DNA of 63,927 nucleotides, counting the filler, from Licmophora abbreviata (lineage: Eukaryota): assembly GCA_900291995.1 (NCBI GenBank). It is 8 parts of 8 records of this genome, joined end to end, with 100 filler letters (N's around TTAATTAATTAA, not from the genome) between each part and the next. Parts side by side here need not be neighbours in the genome. Positions count along the whole stretch, not along the records: positions 42,676 to 56,448 come from OLMU01003299.1; positions 56,549 to 61,646 come from OLMU01003300.1; 6 more parts are not named here. One strand, given 5' to 3'. The position numbers and the translations under genes were made by a program. The notes under the pieces were generated by a model, which was not told the origin of the DNA, made no database searches, and worked only from the letters and a program-made list of their open reading frames with translations. Below, piece by piece: positions 47,832 to 58,651 of the stretch; the first letter of the stretch is position 1, and the number at the start of each line of letters is the position of its first letter.

Positions 47832-50554
47832 TCAAATTGCATCAATGATGCTGTTGAGAGTCTTGGAGGGACGCATAGCCTTGGTTGCCTTCTCCGTATC
47901 GAACAAGTAGTATCCTCCGAGATCGACAGGCTCGCCTTGACATTCCTTGAACTCGGCGACAATATCGGTACGGGCATCGGACAACTGGTCAAATAGCGGC
48001 TTGTAGGCAGGATCCTGTTGCTGAAGGAAGTCAGCCCAATAAAGTGCGGTGTAGTATCCCGTTGCGCGGTTGTCAATCTGGTTCACGGCACGGGACGGAC
48101 TCTTTCGGTTGTTTAGGATTCGACCGACAGCATCATTGAGACAGTCTCCAAGCATCTTGGCCTTCGCATTGCCCGACTCCCCAAGACGCTGGAATGCGAC
48201 AGCAAGGGCGAGGTATTCTCCGAGACTATCCCATCGCAGGTGACCTTCTTCAGTAAACTGCTGGACATGCTTGGGCGCACTGCCTCCGGCTCCGGTCTCG
48301 TAGAGACCCCCGCCGGCCAACAGAGGTACGATGGAAAGCATCTTGGCAGAAGTGCCGAGTTCGAGGATCGGAAAGAGGTCCGTGAGATAGTCGCGGAGGA
48401 CGTTTCCGGTGACCGAAATCGTGTCCTTTCCATCCGCCGCTCGCTCCATGGAAATACGACAGGCATCGACGGGTCGCATGATGGAGATGTCAAGGCCATC
48501 GAGGTTGTGGTCCTTCAAATAGAGATTCACCTTGTCAATGAGAGACGCATCGTGGGCACGGTTCTTGTCGAGCCAAAAGATGGTACGAGCACCCGTGGCA
48601 CTAGCCCGAGCGACGGCCAACTTGACCCAGTCCTTGATGGCGTCGTCTTTCGTCTGGCACATGCGCCAAATGTCGCCCTTGTCCACGTCATGTTCAAAGA
48701 TGGTCTGCGAAAGAAGACGATACGAGCGACGGTAGCAACGTGATTGTAAGAGATAAACAAACAGTTCGATTGCGCGTACAAAGTCGCATCCACCGTCTCG
48801 TCCAATACTTACATCATTCGTCTTATTGTCCTTGACGATAATCTTGCCGTCACATGGCGCTTCGAACGTCTTATCGTGCGACCCATATTCCTCCGCCTTG
48901 CGCGCCATCAAACCGACATTGGCCACGTTGCCCATTGTCGCAACATCAAACTGTCCTCGCGTCTTGACAAACGAAATAACTTCTTGATACATGGTTGCAT
49001 AGCATCGATCCGGAATAAGGCACTTGGTATCTTCCATTTCCCCAAGTTTGTTCCACATTTTTCCAGAATCGCGCACCACCACCGGCATGGAGGCGTCAAT
49101 GATGATGTCGCTCGGTACATGCAGGTTAGTAATACCCTTATCGGAATTCACCATGGCCAACCACGGTCGTTCCTCATAACACGCTTCGAAGTCATCCAAA
49201 ATTTGCTTGGCCTGATCTTTTGGAAGTTTCGTCTGAATGGAATCAAAGACTGCCCCAAGGCCATTGTTGGGATTTGCACCAATCTCGTCTAGCACCGTCC
49301 CATGTTTGTCAAAGGCTTCCTTGTAAAAGACCTTGACGCAATGTCCAAACATGATGGGATCGGAAATCTTCATCATCGTCGCTTTCAAGTGCTGGATGAT
49401 GATGGGCAGTGGTATGTGGGTGTGAGTTGTCGATATACACAATAAAACAAGCTCATATCAGTCACGACTCACCAGACTCAACAAGATATCTGTTTCTTTC
49501 GCCTCGTCAATTTCCCGTTCATAAAACTTGTTCAACTCCTTGATACTCATCTTGCTGGCATCCATGACCTCGTTGGCTTCCAAAACCACACTACTTTTCA
49601 AGACCGTCTCGGCTCCCTTATCACTCATCAATGTAATACTGACATCCATACCCGCAGTATCTACAATACGCGACTGTTCCGTTTCATAAAAGTCTCCCTC
49701 CGTCATGTGCGCCACATGACTCCGACTCGCCTTACTCCAAAGCCCCATCCGATGGGGATTCTTCTGCGCATACTGCTTGACCGGCAAGGCCACCCTGCGA
49801 TCGCTGTTGCCCTCGCGCAAGACGGGATTGACGGCCGACCCCAAGACCGTGGCATACTTGCGCTGCACCTTGGCATCCGCGTCCGTCTTGACTTCCTGCG
49901 GATACAAGGGCACGTTGTAACCCTTGCTGCGGAGTTCCTGGATGCAGGCTTCCAATTGAGGGATGCTGGCAGAGACATTGGGCAGTTTGACAATGTTGCA
50001 GTCGGGCTGTTTGCAGAGTGTGCCGAGGTACTGCAAATTGTCTGGAACGATCTGATGGTCCTGGAGTGTTTCCGGAAAGGTGGCCAAGACACGTCCTGCG
50101 ACGGAAATGTCACAGGGGATAATGTCAATGTCGGCGAGGGAAGCGAACTGATGTTTGTTGTGAGCGTAAGAGAGAGCGTGAATCAAAGGTGAGATTTTGC
50201 AATCTTACTAGTAGCTAGAAGAAGTAGTAGAAGAAGAAGTAGTCTACTCGTTCTGTAGTTTTGGCGTACCTTTTGAATCAAGGGGAGTAGATTGTAGGTC
50301 GCCAGCGCGGGTGCCTCGTCCGTTTCGGTATAAATGATGGATCCCTTGGCGTGGGGCAGCGGCGTGTAGGGGTGGGACGACGTTGGCGGAGCGGTGGAGA
50401 AGAGACGCGGCGTTGTTGCGTACAAGCAGGACGCAGGAGGAACAGAGTAGTTACTACTGCGGACAGTCTTCCTTGCCGTAGTGACCGTCGTCCGCAAGGC
50501 CGATGACAAGGATCCAGACGGACGCAGGAAGCGAGCTGCGGAGAGCATAGTCAT
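47832..50554 (-). CDS. IDH: Monomeric-type NADP-dependent isocitrate dehydrogenase with a mitochondrial presequence, 803 aa; introns 50148-50269, 49392-49472 and 48705-48812
   Basis: [90 protein letters not shown] and [11 protein letters not shown]. Confidence 0.95.
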
Positions 50555-50650
50555 GCTCTTTAAAAACGTTGTTACGATGAGAGCAGCGCACCGGTAATGC
50601 AACACTGCACACACAGCGAGTGAGTAAAGTATGAACGTGTGCCGATGATG

Positions 50651-50682
50651 GATCTTTCGATCTTTCGATCTTTCGTCTTTCG
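50651..50682. repeat. (GATCTTTC)3 plus one degenerate copy upstream of IDH
   Basis: gatctttcgatctttcgatctttcgtctttcg. Confidence 0.8.
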
Positions 50683-51201
50683 CCATGTCTTTTTCTTGGT
50701 TGGCCAGCTGATCTAGTTGCAGTTTGGAGCTCGAGAGAATGTCGCATCAGACAAAGAGAATGTCCGAAGTCGATGTTCGAAGTCGAATGAGTCGATCCAT
50801 TCTCACAGAACACGCACGACTTCCCCGTCACACACTCATCATCATCTCACACAAAAAGAAAAGTGCCAGAAGCAACTTCGTCACCCCATTCTCATCGAAT
50901 CCTGCTCAGCGAGTGTGCGACACGCTGAGTCCTCTCTTGTGGAGTCTCTGCATTGTACGTTGCTGCCCTGTGGAGTGCAAGAGAGTGGCTCGTTGTCTTG
51001 TAGGACAGAAAACCGAAGTTTGCTATTTTTGACCGCATCGTTCGAAACGGAGGTGCTACATCATACTCATCCTCAACATCGGAGTGTTTAATTTTTTGTC
51101 CATTGGCACATCATTCTCACTCTTTTGCACCTTCCCTTTTGGTCTCCTTGTCTCCTTGCTTCGTCAAAACTCAAAAGAGCACTTACACCCAATCATCCAT
51201 C

Positions 51202-52186
51202 ATGCTGGACTCCAATTCTTTTTCTGATGTTTCTTCCAATACGAATGCACGAACTCTGCTCGTTCGCCTACTGCAAACTACTGACGATGAGAATACTTCC
51301 AATTCACGCAGTTCGTCAGAAGTTGCCAAGGACGTGGTTATTATCTTTCTAGCCGGCGTCGCAGTTGTCATTGGACTGGTGCTCTTGGTATACTTGATTG
51401 CCATTGTCTTTGATCGCTTCTGTTGTTGCTTTCCCTGGTTTACTCCGATTCCTACCACCGGTCGACACGGAGAAGGTAACCTGATTGATCAAGGTGTGGT
51501 GGCGCGGCGTGCTGGACTGTGGGGGTTGAAAAGAGACGAGCGTACCCGGATACTGGAAGAAATCATTGTGGCGGAAAAGTATCAAAAGAGACATCACTCT
51601 GAGCTTGGGAACGACACTACGAAAGACAACGACACGGATGAGGGGGATCCTGTTTCGAAATCTACACGGAACGATGGCGACTCAGAGGAGGTCATGGGAA
51701 TGGATGCTGCAGCGGTTGTGGGTGATGTGCATCACGAGACGACCTGCGCAATCTGTTTGACCGAGTATGGTACGTTCAAAGTGGTTTCAGTCGACTTTCT
51801 TTCTTCAAAACTCAACTTTACGCTGCTGCTGCCACCACCACTACTCAGAGGACGGCGACTTGGTGGTACACGGGACGTCATGTCAGCATTTGTTTCACAA
51901 GGACTGTGTCTACGAGTGGCTCTTCAAGCACGACCAATGTCCCTACTGTCGCAAGGAGATGATTACGCCCGCCGAAATGAGAGAAACTGCCATTGAAGTG
52001 TTGGGCCAATCCAGGGTGCAACACATGAGCATGTGGGGTGTCACGGAAGAACTCATGAATACTAGTAATAATATCGAAGCGGGGACGAGTCATGAGGATG
52101 AGGAGGAAGCAAGCGTCGAACAGGAAGCTACAGCGTCGTCACCGGATGCTGCTGTTGCAACCGAGACTCTGACGGTGGAATGTTAA
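51202..52186 (+). CDS. TM-anchored RING-H2 (ATL-like) E3 ligase; intron 51770-51848
   Basis: TM VVIIFLAGVAVVIGLVLLVYLIAIVF, GL motif, then CAICLTEY|E..CQHLFHKDC..W..CPYCR. Confidence 0.88.
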
Positions 52187-52285
52187 GCTTGACAGCATCT
52201 TTCTATATGAAAAATGTGCGGGACGAGAAGTGTCTCTTTATAAATACAATTTTGGAATTGCATCACTTGCTTTGCTCTTGTATGC

Positions 52286-54262
52286 TTAGGATACGTTGCG
52301 CTTGACGGTAAAGAACGAGTCGATGCGGGCCTTTTTGGCAGGCTGTGCTCGCCGTTCCGCTGCCGTCACGAGGGCGTTTTCGCGATCGTAGGAAGCCTGG
52401 AGCTTGCGCGCCATTTCTAGGTCCTTGTCAACTACTGCTGCGTTAGAAGGCGGAGGTTGACGTGAAACATCCGAAGTTTCATGTGCCTGTGCGTCGATGG
52501 GAGTAGAACGACTGTCATTGTGGGTTGATCTTGCAACGCCATCAAGTGCTTCTGTTGCGGGTTCGTCAGCGTTGTTTAAGCGCAGAATCGACTTGACTAT
52601 CGAGTCGTCGCCTTCTTTTCCTCGTTCGGAAAAGTACGACGAGATTCCACCATTGCGCACTCGAGGTTGAAAGTCATTGGCGCAGAACCCGACACCTACT
52701 AGCCACACCTGACCCCCGCCTTCTTTGGCAATAATCAGGTCCTTGCTCTTGTCGATGAGCTTCGTCGCTGTGTTCTCCTCACTCTTATTGTTGTCGGATG
52801 GAAAGGGTATCCGTAAACTCTTTACTTGGTTCGACCGCCTCGATGCACCACGGTTCTCATTCGGCATGGTATACTGCACCGTGCAGCTCCTCGGATATCT
52901 TTCGTTTCGATGCGAATCAATGCGGACACGCGAAACAATCTCCGTCGCTAGCAATACCAGCCAGTCGCTCATTTCAACTGAAGTGACGCTTGTCTTTTGA
53001 AACGACTTGAATGCAGTAATGCTCTTGACGAGCGCTCCCACCGTATGTCGGACAACCTCTCTGTCCAAGCCACGGCATGCTTCGAAAACCATTCGACCAG
53101 TATCCTCGCCTAATTTGTCCGTCAGCATGGGCAGGGACAAGAACCGTGCGATGCTTGACATTGTATGCGGCTCGTTGGGTGGCAGGAGCGCTTGTACTAG
53201 TTTGCCAATCTTGCCTCCCAGATGTCGGACTTTGGAAATGGGGGTCGCCGACATGACGTGCTGCACATGGGAGGGTCGAATGAGGGCCTGTCCGTTTGGT
53301 TTGCCGTAGGAGGCTCCTAGTTTGGCCAAGAGCTTGGAAGTGCTAATGCCAGCCGATAATGTGAACCCGAGTTTGTCAAAGACTGACTGGCGAATGGTGT
53401 GAGCGATCCGACAGCCGTGGGCCAGTGCCAGGAGAATGGTCGGGTCATTCTCGTTGTTTTCGTCCTCATCCTCAGAGAGCTGATGACGGTTCTCCTTTCG
53501 TTCCCCGCCATCGCCGCCTACCAGGACGGTCTGTGCCATGGCACTCTCCACATCAGAGTCCTGTATACGACTGTCCCCGTTCGTTGCAGACGATTTCTCC
53601 CAGCAACATTGAGTCACATCTAAAAACAATTCATCGATCGAGGCTCGTTCCAGTATAAAATTTCCATCCCCCAACTCCTCTCGCAGTGTCTGCAGTACAA
53701 CCCCGAAAATCCGACTGCTGGCGATCCGATACCGCTCCAAGCACGCCTTGCCTTCGTGGTTGTGGCGACGAACATTCAGCTCGTGTGTGTAAATATGCTG
53801 CCGTTGTGCGTCGTTGAGATGAAACTCTCGCTCGTAGGCTTGTTCCATCGACTCATCCGCCATTAACGCCAGTAGCGGCGGAGCGTGAGGATGGTTCTCA
53901 CTACTCGTACTTGTACCAGCAGTTCTGATGGGAGCAGTGGTATCTGTAGTATTCGTACTTTGCTGCTGTTTCACTTGTAGCAACGGCAAGTGCAAGGCCA
54001 TACACTGCTTGGAAGATTTCTGAAATACTTGATCCCACGTGTCTCCTCTCTTGATACCATACTGTGTTCTGGCAGGATATGTGACGGCCAGAACGGAGTT
54101 CCACTGAAGGAGTGCGAGCGAAGTGGTCTCGTGGGGTAATTTCAGGCGTACTCTCTCACAGGCCGCGTAAAAGCAATCCAAATCCAGTAATAAAATCACG
54201 CGAGGCAATGAAGAAGAAGAGTACGATGCAGCAGCGCTGTTGGTGGACAGCGCTGACATCAT
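52286..54262 (-). CDS. POLH: Y-family DNA polymerase eta
   Basis: LDLDCFYA, LAVTYPAR, ASIDELFLD, SAGISTSKLLAKLG..KPNGQ, LGGKIG; C-terminal PIP-like IDSFF. Confidence 0.88.
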   Translation of the reverse strand: MMSALSTNSAAASYSSSSLPRVILLLDLDCFYAACERVRLKLPHETTSLALLQWNSVLAVTYPARTQYGIKRGDTWDQVFQKSSKQCMALHLPLLQVKQQQSTNTTDTTAPIRTAGTSTSSENHPHAPPLLALMADESMEQAYEREFHLNDAQRQHIYTHELNVRRHNHEGKACLERYRIASSRIFGVVLQTLREELGDGNFILERASIDELFLDVTQCCWEKSSATNGDSRIQDSDVESAMAQTVLVGGDGGERKENRHQLSEDEDENNENDPTILLALAHGCRIAHTIRQSVFDKLGFTLSAGISTSKLLAKLGASYGKPNGQALIRPSHVQHVMSATPISKVRHLGGKIGKLVQALLPPNEPHTMSSIARFLSLPMLTDKLGEDTGRMVFEACRGLDREVVRHTVGALVKSITAFKSFQKTSVTSVEMSDWLVLLATEIVSRVRIDSHRNERYPRSCTVQYTMPNENRGASRRSNQVKSLRIPFPSDNNKSEENTATKLIDKSKDLIIAKEGGGQVWLVGVGFCANDFQPRVRNGGISSYFSERGKEGDDSIVKSILRLNNADEPATEALDGVARSTHNDSRSTPIDAQAHETSDVSRQPPPSNAAVVDKDLEMARKLQASYDRENALVTAAERRAQPAKKARIDSFFTVKRNVS

Positions 54263-54728
54263 GATGATGATGATTGGGATAAAGCGAGAGGGACATGAAC
54301 GTATGCAACCAAGAGCAATGTTGATGCCCAGCGCTGTTTTCCATTTTGGGCAGATTCTATTTCGAACTCTCTTTGGATTTTTGGCGCGCCCGCGATGCTA
54401 GATCAAAATAAACGAGCTCGCGACCTCGTGTTTTTTGAAGTTTGAGAGCTTTCTTCGCGTCTTGTTCAGTGCACAGCTCAATAGCTGGTGAGCATGATGG
54501 GTACGTATCGCCATACTGGATCCTGGGAGATAAGTGGCCCCTCCTTCTAGAAGAATCAACGTCGTTTTTGAAGTGTCTTTTTGTCGCTCTCTAGTTCACT
54601 ACTAGTTTGCTAGAGCAAACTCGAACTACTCTACTACTACTAGTACTAGTAGCTAGAGAGAGAAGCTTACACTCAGTCGGATCAAGATCGTGAAACGCCA
54701 CGATAAACAAGGCCTTTTTAAATCCTGA

Positions 54729-55307
54729 CTATTCATCTACACCAAGCTGGGAGTCAAGCTGGCGAATCAACCCAGGCGTCTTGCTTTCCTCTCTTACTTT
54801 GGCTAGGATCGTCTTGATATCACTCACTGCGTTGGTTTGTTCAATGTGAAAGGGCTGCAAGAACGTCGTCACAGCATGATCTTGACAGTTGTGAGCCGCA
54901 TCGGCAAGAGTATACAGGGCCTGACTGTTGGTCTTTTCCGCTTCCAACAAGTCAACCCAAAGATTTTCGGTAGACTCCCATTTTTGATGTGGAGCTGCCA
55001 GTCGTTCAAGTTCCAAGGGAAAGTCTCGTTTGAGAGCAAAATCTACCAGTTCTAGCGCATGGACTCGTTCATCGGTACTCTCCTTCAACATCCAGCTTGC
55101 CATTCCCGTCAGTTCTTGTTCACTGCACCAAACACTCGCTGCAAGGTAGAGCTGCGAAGCATTCAGTTCGTTGGTAATTTGCGAGTTGAAGAGAGTATGG
55201 AGTGTCTCAATCTTCTTCTTGGCACTTGATAGTAGCATGCGACGACTTCTACTACTCGGTTTGGTGGCTTGCGATAAGAGACGATGGGAAAACATCACGT
55301 TCGTCAT
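54729..55307 (-). CDS. FTN: Ferritin (diatom/bacterial non-heme type) with a mitochondrial-like presequence
   Basis: FNSQITNELNASQLY, KESTDERVH, LEAEK, FLQPFHIEQ and TPGLIRQLD. The first in-frame ATG is at 55307. Confidence 0.92.
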   Translation of the reverse strand: MTNVMFSHRLLSQATKPSSRSRRMLLSSAKKKIETLHTLFNSQITNELNASQLYLAASVWCSEQELTGMASWMLKESTDERVHALELVDFALKRDFPLELERLAAPHQKWESTENLWVDLLEAEKTNSQALYTLADAAHNCQDHAVTTFLQPFHIEQTNAVSDIKTILAKVREESKTPGLIRQLDSQLGVDE

Positions 55308-55601
55308 GATGGAGGGGGGAGAGCGATCCGATGCTTGCGATGAACAGAAGTGTCGGGAGAAAGAACAAAACAACAAAATGCTTCCAACTTCCGACTTCAA
55401 AGGCGAAGTCTGAAGTCTTACCTCCAGTCACGAGTTCCTCAGACCCGGGTCTCAACTGGTTCTAAGTTTTGAAGTTGGCGAGTACGAAATGACTGCGGGC
55501 AGGTCAATGGACAATGAGAGCCGCTCGTTTGTCTGTGTGCCGGTCCTCGTCATCACAGCCCTTGCTGGCTTACACCCTAACTCTATTCCTTCTTATTCGC
55601 C

Positions 55602-57049
55602 ATGCCACCCCCTCGCTACCCCAGTAGTGTCGACGTCGTGACGTTTCCCGTCTTTGGCTTGTGCTGGTTCGCCGACACTTCCGGGAGCACCTCCGTTCAG
55701 GCCTACTGCGGTGGAGGCGGCAGTGCCAAGACGGGAGTCTTCAACAAAATCGTCGTTCGGGTGTATGCGCCTTCAGACACTCATACGAAACAGGAGTATG
55801 TAGTGTCGACGGAAGAGGAGGTCTGTGTCGCGGTGCACGTCTATCAAAATCCCCTCACGCAGTCTCTCTGGCTGGTCGGCGCGGTCGGACACTCGGCAGT
55901 ACGCTATCGACTGCATGCGGACAGCGAACCCACCAAGGCTGGAACAGTCCGATTGGAAGACCCTGAGTCCTACGGCACCTCTAATGCTGTCAACACAAGT
56001 GCCATGGCCGAGACACTGGCAGTCGGATGCGAGAATGGGCCCATCGTTGTCTATGCGATTGGCGATTCTGACGACAACTTTGTGTCTCAGCGTCTCGCGG
56101 TCTTGGAAGGACACAAAAAGGCCGTTTGCGCCTTGCAGTTTTGTCTGAGGGATCCGCTGAAACTCGTATCGAGTAGCAAAGACGGCACGGCGCGTGTCTG
56201 GGACCTCAAGGCTGCCAGCGATGGCGAGAGCAGCTGCCTGTCGACATTGACTTGTGATGTGACGGACCCCAATCCCAAGCGCAATACTCCCAGTTCGTCA
56301 GCATCGAAACGACCCATGCAAGTTCTGGTTCGAGGATGTGCCTTTGGTGACTTGGAGGGTAGGACCATCTACACGGTCGCGTCGGGACGACGCGGTAAGG
56401 CGTTCTTGAGCAAGTGGGTGCAGACGAGTCCTCAGAACTACGAATGCGNNNNNNNNNNNNNNNNNNNNNNNNNNNNNNNNNNNNNNNNNNNNTTAATTAA
56501 TTAANNNNNNNNNNNNNNNNNNNNNNNNNNNNNNNNNNNNNNNNNNNNAGCCCGGTGCCCGTATCGGCCATGTCGCTAGCCATGGATGGTTTGCTGTTGG
56601 CACTCGGGGGTGTCGATGGCACGATTCATCTGTGGAATGTGGGGACATGGAAAATCCTGAAACAGTTCAAGGAAGTCCACGATTTGCCGGTGACGTGCAT
56701 AGCGGCGAGACCGTTTGACATGCCGCTGATCAGCGATGCGGAGGGTGGCGGTATCATGGTTCACGCACTCTCAGCTTCTGCGGACAGTCAGATGGGTAGA
56801 CTTACATTGCAACGAAAGGGACCGAAGAAGAGTAGCGGCGATGGCGGTGGAATGCTTTCACGTTCCCTGTCTCTGTGCGTCTGGTTCGCAGTTTTGGCAT
56901 GGATCGTATATTACATTGTTTTGGAGACCAAAGAAAAGTGCAAAGACGAATGGGAGCATCGACGATGGAACGATCTATCAAAGTGTGTACTGCACACGGT
57001 ACTGATTGCCGATTCGTCGCATCCTGGAATCGCAGTGCCGCCCTACTAG
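55602..57049 (+). CDS. SEC12: SEC12/PREB-like Sar1 GEF (WD40 repeats plus C-terminal TM), interrupted by an assembly gap
   Basis: K-loop GGGGSAKTGVFN, WD repeats (GHKKAV..SSKDGTARVWD; VHDLPVT after the gap) and TM LCVWFAVLAWIVYYIVL. Confidence 0.85.
56449..56548. other. Assembly gap spacer inside SEC12
   Basis: N44-TTAATTAATTAA-N44. Confidence 0.98.
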
Positions 57050-57333
57050 CGCATTGTTTCTTATCTGTCTCGGGGTCTACTGTACTTCTCGAACTAGTAC
57101 ATAGATCTCGTTTGAAAGCAGTAATCGAACGATACTACCGATTCTAGGGTGTCGAATATCGAAATGAAACGCTGGACCTGCCATAGAAAGACATACACAA
57201 AACAGACCATGTCGACAAAATTCGCTATAAACATGAGAATCCCTAATTTTGAAGACTCGACTCGCGTTGGTCGTCGGGAACTGCGGTTCCCTCTCCAATG
57301 CCCATTCTATTGCGTCGTGTACATCGACACTCT

Positions 57334-58651
57334 CTACAAAATATCCGATTCCAAGTATATCTCTTCTTCCCCTCCTCCCTTCGTCCGTTGCCTCCCTCCA
57401 CTCTCCACTTCTGCCTGCATTCCCAGATATGGTTTCCACGTAGGATGGACCCGCCGGGGCAACATTCGTCCTGCCACGGCCGCTAGTTCGTACTGCGAAG
57501 GCACAAAGGGCTCTCGTACCAGCTTCATGCCCACTCTCTTCAAGTCGCTGACAGGCAAACACCCCTTTCTTCCATTGCACTTGTGGCAACAAGTGACTGC
57601 ATTTTCCCTAAAATGGAAGTAATAGTATTGGATGCAAGTCGAGTGGCGCAGGTGGTTGTGAGAAGGGCGATCTTCTCCCTGCGTTATAGACGCCCACCGA
57701 CACCCTTTTTGTACTTACCAACTTAGATTTCCTCCTTGACTCCGTGGGACAACGTGATCCAACGATAGATCCCGCGTCCGAAACATATCGCTGCAATACT
57801 GACATCGATACTCATCTCGCAAAAAGACATTGCGTTTCGTAAAGGCCGGGCGATGATGATGCACTGATTTGGGAACATATACGTTCAAGGCAATGACGGA
57901 CGGCAATGGAATTTCCAGATTGGCGGCACGGACAAAGACATCGGGGTAGACGTCGACCACGGTGACTTTGCCACTAAAGACGCTCTTGATGGCATCTTGC
58001 CAGTGCCAGAGAGAGAGGGGGAGATGAGAAAGAGGTTGATAGTCGGCGTTGAGTACAAGCGATGGGCGGCGATTGAGTGCTTGGAGGTAGTTGTGGGGAC
58101 TCCGTTGAAGGATCTTGTTGGTTTTCAAGGTTCGGTCGCGTAGAAGTCCTCCAGAGCCGTGCAGGTATTGATGAGCCACGTGATGAGCAAGTTCTTGTTG
58201 CGACAAACCGTTATCAGAAGGATGTGACTTGGAAGGAGAAGTAGCAGCAGCAGGGGTGGTGATGGTAGATTGCTTGTTTCGCTTTTTTTTGTTCTTTCGG
58301 CGGTGCTTGGCATTGCGAGGTGGCACGCTAGTACTAGTAGAAGCATCGGCAAGTTGTTCTGTGTCGCTACTACTACTGCTACTGCGAGCGGATATGAACG
58401 GCATGGGTGGTCGGGAGCGAGTCGATAGCGGCATGTCTGAGGAGTAGAATCGACAACAAGGGCGATGAGATCGGCGTCGCTATACTACCGGCTGCTTCAG
58501 TCACAGCGAGGAAGCGCCAGCTTCAATAATCCAATTGATTGATTTGAAACGCACCATATCGCTGTCTCTGACTCGTCCTGGCTTGAAAGGAGTCAACAGG
58601 AGTCCAGAACATGGAAGTGACTGCGACCAGCAGATAGACCGAAAGGAGCAT
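57334..58651 (-). CDS. HNH endonuclease (McrA-like), putatively plastid-targeted, 362 aa; introns 58437-58554 and 57608-57718
   Basis: Exon 1 is a signal peptide ending VDS-FQAR. Core: LVLNADYQPLS, FTKRNVFLRD..CQYC, LDHVVPRSQGG..W|ENAVTCCHKCNGRKG, HPTWKPYL. Confidence 0.88.

Noticed and set aside
4716..55307. Iron-homeostasis cluster (CDF, Fe oxygenases, ferritin)
   Set aside because: The genes are up to 50 kb apart, separated by gaps and unrelated housekeeping genes.
57540..57720. HNH gene as truncated, or as a mobile homing endonuclease
   Set aside because: An intron restores the complete HNH motif in frame, and there are no flanking self-splicing intron, TIR or LTR features.
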